From assembly GCA_030770535.1 (NCBI GenBank), contig JASVEC010000027.1, forward strand, positions 558,001-622,000: 64,000 nt of DNA, read 5' to 3'. Of this stretch, positions 26,309 to 37,517 are shown piece by piece. The notes under the pieces are model-generated. The model did not search any database, was not told where the DNA came from, and was given only the letters and a program-made list of their open reading frames with translations. Positions within the stretch are counted from its first letter, which is position 1. Each line of letters begins with the position of its first letter. Source of the DNA: Batkoa obscura (taxonomy: Eukaryota). The position numbers and the translations under genes were made by a program.

Positions 26309-26455
26309 TATTAATATTGTTTATTTATAGTTGCTGAAGTTACTTCTAGTAAAATTCAATGGTGGACTTATTTTCAAATAATTTCTGTAATTGGAATTTG
26401 TTATTGGCAAATTACTTATCTTAAATCCTTTTTTGAAAATCGTCGAGTTGTTTAA
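25642..26455 (+). CDS. p24/emp24 GOLD protein, paralogue of 3117-3842; 4 exons
   Basis: DCYY, YDAIEGGD, GDHKYCFGNQ, C-terminal FFENRRVV*; same three intron positions as the paralogue. Confidence 0.88.
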
Positions 26456-26667
26456 ATTCAATATCAAATTAAAAGATTTTAAGTAAATTTTACTTTTATT
26501 TTTTTTTATTTAATATAATATATAACATGTTATATATTATATAGAATAGAATACAAAAAAATAATAAAAGTGGAATCTTTTTTTTTCTTTTTTCTTTTTT
26601 TTATTAATATAAATAATTATTATACATAATATTAAAACATTGTTATTTACTTAACATACATCTCAAT

Positions 26668-29178
26668 TTACCTTTTACTCTTTTTACGAAATAATTGATT
26701 TTCTTTATCTCTAAATTGATGAGCAACAGGTCTATTATATTCAATATAAGCCATTGAATCTGCCCCAGCTAAAGATTTCATTGAACCCAATATTCTTTTA
26801 GGTAAAGGTAAATTATCTCCTTCTAAATTATCCATATTTAAATTATCTAAATCAAAATCAAAATCAAAATCAAAATTATCATCTTCAGATTCCCCATCTT
26901 TTTCTGAAGTCATTAATACAGTTTGTAATAATTCTAATTGATCGGATTGAGTAGGATAAACTAAATTCTCTAATTCATTAATACCGTCTAATTTAGTAAT
27001 AATTTTAAAAGCATATCCTTGATCAATTAAAAATTGTTGTCTTTTACCAGAATAATACATTTCAACTGTATCTTTAGATACTAAACTATAAAAAAAGGCA
27101 TTAAATTTAGAAGTTACATTTCGTGTTTTTTTTTTCGCTCTTAAAATTCGTCCTAATCTTTGGGCTTCTTGTCGTCTTGAACCATAATGAGCTGAAATTT
27201 GAATTAATACTGTAGCTTCTGGTAAATCAATTGAAGTATCTCCAACTTTTGATAAAAATACCGTATTAATCATAGGATTATATTTGAATTGTTGTAATAT
27301 ACGAATTCTTTCTAATTGAGAAGTAGCTCCATAAATAAAAGGTTTTTTTAATTTTAAAGCATAAGCTTGTAAAGCATAAACATTATCAGAAAATACAATA
27401 ATTTTGTCCCCACGAGATTCATGTAATTGAATTAAATATTGACATGCTTGAAATTTACTTGGATTCATAGCATATAATAAAGCTCTTTTACGACTGGATT
27501 CATGTAAATATTCTCGATAAAATTCACGTGTCATTGGACACCAAACTTCAGCACATTCTACGTTTGCAATATGACCTTGAGATGCTAATTCCATCCAATT
27601 AGCTTCATATAATTTAGGTCCAATTAAAAAATTTAGATCTGTAATTTTATCATCTTCTCTTACTAAAGTAGCTGTTAATCCTAATTTACTATGACAATGT
27701 ATTTTGTTTACTACTTGTCGAAACATATTGGCTGGTACTACATGTACTTCATCTAATAACAATAAGCCCCATTCTTGATTTTGTAAATAATCCATCATTT
27801 TTTTAGAAGAATGAGATCGGTTTTTAATATTAGCTACCATTGAATAAGTAGTTATTACAATTCCTATTTTACCTGCATAAAACTCTTTATGTCCAGAAGT
27901 AAATGTAGCTACTTTTTCAGGTTGAATTGTGGACCATTTTAATAATTCAGATTTCCATTGAGAAACAGAGACTGCTGATGTACATAATATTAAACAACTT
28001 TTTTTAATTGTACATGCAGCTGCAATACCAACTAATGTTTTACCAGCTCCACAAGGTAATACAATAATCCCTGATCTTGCTCTACCATTAGAAAATTTTT
28101 TATTCAAACTTTTTTCTTGATATGGTCTTAAAGTGACATTAGGTTTTAATTCTATTTCAAGGCTTGTATTAATAGTATCATTACGAAAATCATATTCTTC
28201 TAATAATGGATAATCTAATAATTGACATTGTTTTTTTATAATTTCTACTTTTTTACTATCAATTTCAAAGGAATATACATGTTGTTTTATATCTTCTTCA
28301 TCTTCCTCATCTTCTTTATCTAATATCTTTTTTATATCTAATTCAATACTTGTATTTCCATCTATACTTTCTTTGTTATCTTCCATTGTTTTTATTTTAC
28401 TTGGTATACCAGCTACTAATAAACCTTTATTACTTGGCTTATCTGTTGATATTAAGTTGATATCCTCATTATTATTATTGTTATTATTATTATTATTATC
28501 TTGTTGATTATCTGATAAATTAATACAAGCATCTCGAATAATCTCATCTAATAATAATTTTTTTAATGCTAATTGATCTTCAGATTCAATAAAATATCGA
28601 TTCAATTTCAATACTAATTTAGCTTTTGAAAAGGTTAATGAACATTTGTTAATAAATTCTACAACGGAGGGTTGGATCTCAGACTAATTAAATTAGTTAT
28701 AAATATAATAGAAATATAACATAATCAAATTTTGTTACCTTTGACAATCTATTTAACATAACAATAATATCATTAGCTTGTAAACCAATAGAAAAAGCAG
28801 CATATAAAGAATAAGAAGTAATTTTATATTCTAACATAAACATTGGTCTGTATAAATAAATAATATTAATACCCTTTTAAATAAAAAAAATATTGAATTT
28901 TTTGTGTGAGTTTACCTTGATATAGGCTCTGCTATAGCAGCTAAAAAATCTTGAGCTGGTTTAGCTAAAGGAGAATGTTTTTCCAATGTTATTGATAATT
29001 CTACTGGATTGATCCATAATGGTCGATAACAATGATCCAATTTTAATGGTATTTTAGAAAAATCATTACCATTAAACAAATTACTAATAAAAGTTTTGGA
29101 ACTATGAAGATGTTTTGAATTACTTGAATGTATACTATCTTCATCGCTGGATTCTGAGTGACTTGACGGAGTAGCCAT
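26668..29178 (-). CDS. SSL2: TFIIH/NER helicase XPB (Ssl2/Rad25); 3 exons
   Basis: [71 protein letters not shown]. Confidence 0.96.
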
Positions 29179-29798
29179 TTCGAATTGATTGAAAGATAAG
29201 ATTAATACAATTGAAAAGTTAAAATTGGTGAAATTTAGAGTGAATTCTAAGCAAAATGATTAAATTAGATAATGTTGTTTTTAGTAAATTATCACATTTA
29301 TTCCTAGTTTCAAATTGAATAGTTCATTTATGCTGATAGCTAAGCAATTAGTTTGTAATTGATTTGATGAGGAAAATGATTTAAAAAAATGTTGAGTTGA
29401 AGAGGATATTTTGATTTGCATAATTGTTTGATTTTTAGGTTTAAAAATTAAGTAAATGCCAACCACAGGAGTCACAAATCAATTGATAAAGCAAATAAAT
29501 AAATATATTAAAAAATAAAAGCTTGTTTATATATTTGTTTTTTATATGTTTAAATATTTGCTTTTTTTAATATTATTAAAATAAAATTAGTAATAAATTT
29601 TAATTTTTTTACTAATTAATAGCTTGATTTTCCAGTTATTATTTTACTTACAGGTTCAAATAAATATATTTAAAATTAACTTAAAATTTAGATTATTACT
29701 ATTACATCTTATTAAATTATTGAATTAATTATATTTAAGCATATAAAAAATTTAATAAATTAAGTTAAAATTTTTTCACGTTAGTACATTATTTGTAT

Positions 29799-29894
29799 GG
29801 GGATGTTTTTTTGGGTTCATTACTTTTTCCATCTTTTAAGCACTATTTGAGTGGAAAGATTGTTAGCAAAATTCTTAAACAAAAATACATCCCC
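29799..29894 (+). mobile_element. MITE copy 6
   Basis: GGGGATGTTTTTTTGG...ATACATCCCC; flanks GTAT/ATAT. Confidence 0.85.
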
Positions 29895-31553
29895 ATATAG
29901 TTTAAATTAAAAATAATCAAGTTAAATTTAAGTAAAGAACACCTTTTTTCTTTCTTTAGACTTTATAAATGAGATTTCATTTAGATGTCAATTACATCAA
30001 TTTAAATTACCAAATGAACCCAAACATTTAATCTATAAATTAAAAAACTAAGTGGATCCAAAACCGTCATTAAGCTTTTTTTTTAAAAATCAAATGTAAT
30101 AATGAAAATTATAATATTAAAGATAATAAAATAAACTAAAATTAATAATTTTATAAATTGTTAAATTGTGATACTAAAAGCTATAAAGGTTTGATTAAAT
30201 AGCCTATTTATTTCAATACATTAAATTAAGTAAATAAAAATTGGTCTGAAAAAGGGTTCAAGATTTTTATTTCAAATTGAAAACTAAATTCACGAAACTC
30301 AAAAAAAGTAAAAAAAATTGATATCTTCTCTTTATAATATCAAAGTTAAATAATAAAAATAACTCAATAGTAACAAGCTTGTCATCACATTATTCAAAAT
30401 TGAATTAAAATATATATTGAATACTTTGAATAATAAATATTCGCTTTTATGGTTTGATGAATTCAGTAATATTATTGAATTGAATCAAATGTCAAATGAA
30501 TATTTTATAATTTTAAGGATAATCTTATTGTACAAATTTAAAACAATATATTATCTTATATATATAACCTCTATGAAGTCTGTCAAGTACACTTGATTTT
30601 AAAATAAATTATATTTTATATATTAAATTACTTACTTGTTTATATTTATAGCCTATTAAACTAAACTAAAACAGAAACTTTGATTTTCAATTAGTTACAT
30701 AAAAGTAGCATTTAATTGATTCGAATTACAAAATATTCTTAGCATAAGCATGAGAAACATTTGAAAGTCAAAGAATATAAATTACTATTTTAAACACTAT
30801 TTTATACTATGTTATATTATATTATTATTTTATTGATCCAAAATACAAAATACAATGTGTATAGTCTCAAATATTATATTATTTAATAATATAATATATT
30901 ATAATGTTTATACAACAAAAACTTGCTTAAAGTTGGCTTTTTTTTATATGATGTTTTAACTGACATTCTTTAGAAAACTTTAGAAAGTCATCACTCTTTA
31001 AAATTCTAAACATTTGACATTTAAGTTGTGCAGGTGACTAGGTTCAATACATTTTGCTTCTTTAACCAAAAGTTCTACCAATCATTTTAAAAAATGCTAC
31101 AAATTTTATAGAACTTAGCCAATAATTTGGCTCAATATTTACCACCTTATAAATTCCGCAAATATTGTTATGAATATTATTCATCAAGTTGTTATTGACG
31201 TTGATTGATTTTAATTAAATCTCAAGTTGATTTAAATCTTAAGTGCCATTTTACTATGTTTAGTAAAAATCACATGCTTTGATCTTATGAGACTATCCAA
31301 TCTATTCGCCCTTATATCTCACCTTATATCCAATTAAAAATGATTTTAAACTGTAATAAAAACCGTATTTTATTGGTCGAAATAAGCACAATAAGAGCAA
31401 ATAAAAAACATAATCCCTTGAGTTTATTTAAAATCTCCATATCATTTCCCCCCTAAAACTTTTAATTGCCCATTTCTTAAAATTTAAATACGTTTCAACA
31501 TTATTTAATTCATTCTTTACTTTTTAAATTTGTTTTATTTCTAAAAATTAGTT

Positions 31554-32471
31554 ATGATGAATCGATACAACTCTTTTTCAACAGTGAATAATCAAAGGGA
31601 CGGTTTAGTAGACCCAAAAGCTCATTGTTCGAATTGGTTCGGCGGATCAAGTAAATATACTTTATTTAATTAATTTACAAGTAGTTGACACTTATTAGAT
31701 ATTGAGCCACCTAAGACACAACTCGAACCACCCCCACTTGATTTTCCTATTTCACTTTTCGATCCATCTGAACAACAATTTCTATCCGGGTTTTTTGATA
31801 ACTTGGTTGAAGAAAAAAACGATTTATTCCCAAATTTGGATCTCTCTAACTTATTAAACTCTTGGACTCAGAATCAGGTTTATCCAGATACTTTAAATAA
31901 ACCTACAGGAGCAAACTATTCATTCAATCCAATCTCCACACCTTATCATGAATCTACTACTACTTTTTCTCCATATCAGCAAAGAAATCGTCAAATGAAT
32001 AATCATATTGGTTCTCAATCAAATTACTTTTCCAACGATAACAAAAATTCACCCTACTTTGAACAGCATAGCTCTTCAACTAACAATGATATAAATCACC
32101 CAGCTTATCCAACTAACAGTTCTTCAGTGACCCCTGTTTTAATGCAAAATGAAGTGAACAAGCAAACCATTTTATCACAATCCACCAAGGCCTCAAAAAG
32201 CTCACGCTCAAATAATAAAGCATTACCGCCTTTAAAAGATGAAATGAGGAGAGCCAACCATATTGCTTCTGAACAAAAAAGACGTGATCTAATTCGTAAG
32301 TGTTTTTCAGAACTTGAAGAGTTAGTACTTAAATGTGGTGGTGGAAGTTGTAGTAAAGCGGTACTCTTAAAAAGAGCAGCTGATTATATTGAAGGATTAA
32401 AAGAAGAAGTTATTGAACTACAGAAAATCAAGGATCTCAAGCTATCCCAGTTAACTTCTAAACAGAATTAA
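31554..32471 (+). CDS. bHLH transcription factor, Ino2/Ino4-like; 2 exons
   Basis: RRANHIASEQKRRDLIR..SKAVLLKRAADYI bHLH; upstream exon from ATG 31554 splices in frame and adds LFDPSEQQFLSGFFDNL (Ino2-like acidic activation motif). Confidence 0.8.
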
Positions 32472-33543
32472 TATTGATTAATATCTGAATGGAATTGTAT
32501 TATTTTCATCATCTATTTAAGACCTGCTTTTAATTATAAATGCCGTTATTTCGTTTCTCCTTCTCCATTATAATTGTAAAAAATTAAAACCTTTAGTTTA
32601 ATCATTGTTTTCAATACTTTTTTTCAACCTTGAAACCCATATTGGGAAAGTGTGTTTTATTAAATTAAAATAATATGTTTAAAGACGTTAAATAACTATT
32701 TAATTAGGGCTTTAATAACACAGATAGTCTTAATTTTTATATTTTATTTACGATAAAATGGTAAGATTATTAAATCTTACTTTGTTAAAGAAATGATACA
32801 ATATTATATCACTTAAAATTTTATGTGGCGTTAAATTTCATCATTTTTCTTTAATGTTAAATAAACTTAATTGTTACAATATCTCCTTTCACTTATACAA
32901 TAGTAGAATGAAATAGGGAGTAGTTAGGGTATTATAATATTACAAAATATTTGAATTTAATATGAATTTCATTAAAGTGAATATTCATAAACTTAAATAA
33001 AGACAATATTTTTTAAGGAATTGAATATTTTTTTGAAAATGAAGTTAATTATCCAGCTGGAGTACAATGGTAATTTAACTCCACTTCTTTTTTATTTTAT
33101 TTAAAATAATCAATGTAAGGGAAAGTATATAAAAATCTCTTTCATTTTAAAAATAACTTTTATTGAAAAAAATCCAAACAAAGTAAATTAAGGTTGGTTG
33201 TAATTATTAAATAAAAATACTTTATTTTTTTAAATGGGAAAGACTTTTACATAGCTCAGAAGCTTCACAGAAATAAAGTCAAAAACTTTCCCATGGGCTT
33301 GAATTCCGAGTGCCACTAAAGGAATTCACTTCCAGTTTGTATAAAATCATGTACGTTTCCTCTTTTTAATTTACTATTTGTCTCTATTACCCTTAGTCAC
33401 TTTATTAGGTGTTCCTACTATATGATCTCCCTCTGATGGTTTAATGTTCCTCTTCCTTCATTGGATCTAATCTTGTTCCCAATAAAATAATTCTTCAATA
33501 AAAAGAATAAAAATAATTTTTCTATTTTTTATAGTTGTTAAAT

Positions 33544-33638
33544 GAGGGTGTTTTTTTGGCTTCACTTTTTACATTTTTTAAGCGCTATTTGAGTAGAAAA
33601 ATTGTTAGTAAAATTATTAAACAAAAAAATACACCCCC
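33544..33638 (+). mobile_element. MITE copy 7
   Basis: GAGGGTGTTTTTTTGG...ATACACCCCC; target duplication AAAT/AAAT. Confidence 0.85.
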
Positions 33639-34012
33639 AAATGTAAGTAATAGAAATAAAATTGTAAGGATCAAATAAAAATAAATAACTAAAATAAACC
33701 ATATAACAATAGTTTGTATCTTATTAGTTTTACTTATTTTATAATGTTTTAATACTCTAATAGCTAAAAGGCTCTATTAAATGCTACGTTTAAAAAAGGG
33801 AGTTTAATTTTTTATACTATTGAAACAGATTTTAAAAGCTATAGATTTAAATTAAATCGGAATAGCGTAATAAGATAGCTATCTTATTAGTATATTGATA
33901 TAAAATTTTATTTAGTTTAAGTTGCAGTGATGTTTAGACGATAAAAATTAGGTCAAAAAGTAGCCTAATATCAGTAGCTTATAATAGTTTCACCTTAGTA
34001 TAATAGAGTTTT

Positions 34013-35018
34013 TTAAACATTCGTGTTGAAGTATATCTTTTCAAAGTATGTGATAGGTACGAATGGTAATGGTGGGGTATTAAGACTATAACTGATATTT
34101 GGAACCTTTTCTGTAAATACAATTGTCCTGATAATTAACATTTGGGGATGTATTTTTTTGTTTAACAATTTTACTAATAATCTTTCTACTCAAATAGCAC
34201 TTAGAAAATGGAAAAAATAATGAAACCAAAAAAACATCCCCATTTGAAGATTTGGAAAAAGAAATAAAAAGTAGAGAAAATATTGTATGTAGTAAAACAA
34301 CCTGCTTTGATTTGTTTTATATTTACATTGAAATTATTTTCATTATGAAAAGCAACAGTTCTAAAGCTTGTCAAATTTATTACCTTTGGTTTTTTAAATC
34401 CCCTTCTAGTAATATCAAATCTATTACGATATAAACTACTGCAGCAATCTATTTTAAGCATTCTCGATTTGTTTGGATTTAACTGTTTAACCGTATCTTC
34501 AATTGGTATATTATTGCCTCAGCATTTAAAGGCTTTGAGCTGATTTAAATAATTACTAGACTACTTTAATAGCCGAGCTTGGTTAGGGTAGTTTAACTCC
34601 ATCTTCTTTAGTTCTGGCAATTTTGTATTCGGATATAATTATCATTAATAACAATATCCTTGTAGTAAGTAGAGTTAATTATCCAATGTACGGATTTGAT
34701 ACCTGGGGAGTAGTTTAAATGGTCAATAGCTTTATTATTTTTTGTAGCATTAATGTTAACATGCTTCATTAATACTCCATTTTATTTAATAAAATCCTCT
34801 GAATACTCTTTATATATCTCTATCTTAGAAATAGTATAGCTTACAAATCTTTCAAATTGATACTCATTATAAGCTGAATAAATTGAATTGTACTTGATAA
34901 CTCTACATACGATTTTAAACAGGTATTCACTTAAAAAGCGTACGTTAAATACCTCAAATGGATGTAAGTACTCAAAGATCTCTTTCAATATTATATTGGA
35001 TAATTGGTCAGCCTTCAA
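34013..35018 (-). pseudogene. Degraded F-box-like/LRR-like gene, interrupted by a MITE
   Basis: KADQLSNIILKEIFEYLHPFE..IKYNSIYS at the 5' end (TTG instead of ATG), stops and frameshifts, FLFLFPNLQMLIIR near the 3' end; homologous to 55923-57347. Confidence 0.7.
34144..34241 (-). mobile_element. MITE copy 8, inserted in the pseudogene
   Basis: GGGGATGTATTTTTTTG...AAACATCCCC; target duplication ATTT/ATTT. Confidence 0.9.
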
Positions 35019-35089
35019 TGGGGTTCTGAGATAGCCTTAATAATAATAATAAAATTATCTTTTTTATTTAACTTATTTTTTTACTATAT

Positions 35090-35188
35090 GGGGATGTATT
35101 TTTTCGTTTAATAATTTTACTAACAATTTTTCCTCTCAAATTGCACTTAAAAAACGGAAAAAATGATGAAACCAAAAAAAACACTTCT
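35090..35188 (-). mobile_element. MITE copy 9
   Basis: GGGGATGTATTTTTTC...CACTTCT (decayed end); target duplication ATAT/ATAT. Confidence 0.8.
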
Positions 35189-35494
35189 ATATTAAAAATA
35201 AAAGCAGATTTTACTACTGCTATAAAGTAAACAATTATTGATCAAATAGACACTAATGTTCATATTAATTATTGAAGATAGTCAGATTCTCAGATGGATT
35301 TTATCTCAAAACTCATATATATGAGGGTTGGTTTAAGAGCTTAATTCAACTTTTGTTCAATTTAGATATTTAGCAAATGTTACGAATTAAGCATCAAGTG
35401 CTACAAAAATATGCTTTTTTGCTTAATTTTAAAATATCCCATGTTCGAACGTTTTTTATCCAGTATTTGTAGTTTGAAAAAATTTACATTACAT

Positions 35495-35590
35495 GGGGGT
35501 ATTTTTTTTGGTTTTATACTTTTTTCATTTTTTAAGCGCTATTTAAACGGAAAAATTGTTAGTAAAATTGTTAAACAAAAATACATCCCC
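35495..35590 (+). mobile_element. MITE copy 10
   Basis: GGGGGTATTTTTTTTGG...ATACATCCCC; non-palindromic target duplication ACAT/ACAT. Confidence 0.9.
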
Positions 35591-37517
35591 ACATAGTAAA
35601 TGGACAAAAAAAGTGAAATGAAAAACTTTATCCTTGCTCTTGACTGAGCTTTTAAACTTATATATATAAGAATAGGACATAAGCGATATACAAGGATTAT
35701 CAAAAAGGAGTGGGGAAACCAATCAATGTGATATAGTAGAATTTGGCATTCTTCAAAGCTTCTAAAAAAGATAAATAGTAACAGTAAGTAACAATCCTGT
35801 TTATGCATTCATTAGTCCGGGAAGATCTATGGGTGATGAGTTTGTTTTATAAAATAGTGATTAGTTCCAAAATGTAATAATAATCAAATGAAAATAAAAA
35901 TTTGGTCTATTTTAACTTTACTTTTGCTTTTATTATATTTTTATAGTCTTTATAGTTAAATATACCGATAAGTTATAACATCAAGATAAAATATTAAAGC
36001 ATAATTATAATGGGTTGTATATTTTTTATTAAACTTTAATTTTAAAAAAATAGTTTATTCTTTAAGTCTGATTATTGGGTAGGTTCATACAAACTGAGGA
36101 TTTATCAGATAAACCCAAATTCAAACGGTATAGAATTGCTGTAATAGGATTTTTTTGCACAGATGATTTTTGTTTTTAGACATAAAAAACGTATACTGTT
36201 GCAAGCAGGAGCTTGTTTATTTTTCCTCAAGAAATGCATAGCATATATGAAGCTACTTAATAAAATTTAAATAGTTTAATTAGCTTTATTTAAAAATGAT
36301 TTGTAGCCAAGGTTCTTTTGTTAAATGTGGGTGTTTATATTTGTCTGCAATTATCGAGCCTTTGTTGAGTTTTAATTTCGTTACTTCTCTTTATACAACG
36401 TTCCTTTTATTGATTTAAACATGTTTAGTTAGTCTTTTATTCATTAATCACTAATTTAAATACACTCGGTCTTCTGGTTTAGTTGATAAATTTCTCAATT
36501 AAAATCTTAGAATGTTATATTTAAAATTCCTATTAATTAGTTAAATTAGAATGCTTCCTAACAAGAATAATGTATTTCAACCTCATTTTCCAAATTATGG
36601 TGCCCTAGACAATTTCTCGCTTATAACTTTCATTTTCACAACAGTTAGATTGGGAAAAAGAATAGCTATAAATGGTGTGTGCCCTTGAAATCAGGAATAA
36701 TTCAAACAAGATGACTTTATAAAACACACTTTATAACAATAACTTTATATTTGGCATTAGATGTTATTATGATTTCACTTAATTTCGAATCCTTTAATAT
36801 TACCCCTTGTTTGAACAAGAAGCTTCTTATAATATAAAAACTTTACTTATTTATAAAGTTGTATTAGATATTCTATTGTCATCTTAATACAGTTTAATTC
36901 AAATAAAATAGGCGTTTTATTATATGTATCTTATTAAGCTTGTATAATTTAACATGTAATTATAATTCTAATATTTATAGACAACTTTCATTATTAATCA
37001 AATATTAAAAGGATCTTTTTATGACATTTATTATCTGATTATAAATAGTAATTAACAATAGCTGTTTTTACAATTTTAAAGATTCTTTTATTACTATACA
37101 AAAGTAGCTGATTTGTAGATTGATTCCCATGTTGATTGGTATTTTTCGATCTAGACCTATGGGATGACTAACTTAGAGAATCTTTATAATTTATCTAAAA
37201 ATAAAGAGACGATGTCATATCTCAGGCTGATAAACTAATTAAACTTCAAGCAAAAATTTCCAACTTATGAAAAATACTTAATTCATATTCAAGGCCAATA
37301 ATATGGCTTAATGTAAGTATTTAAACCCAATCAAGCTTAACTCAGAAGACCTGAAATTAATCAAAAGCACGCTTAACTTGGCCAATGAGAGGTCAGCTTA
37401 AAGCTTATTGTTAGTTTACGATTTCATAGCAAAATCGTTAGTTACCACAGTAAAAATGAAGTTAGACATATAATAAATTAAAATATAAAATTAATTTTAA
37501 TTGCAAACTGATAATAA

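Noticed and set aside
34201..35808. ORFs 34201, 34252, 35411 and 35539 as genes
   Set aside because: They run through MITE copies or pseudogene remnants and show no protein motifs
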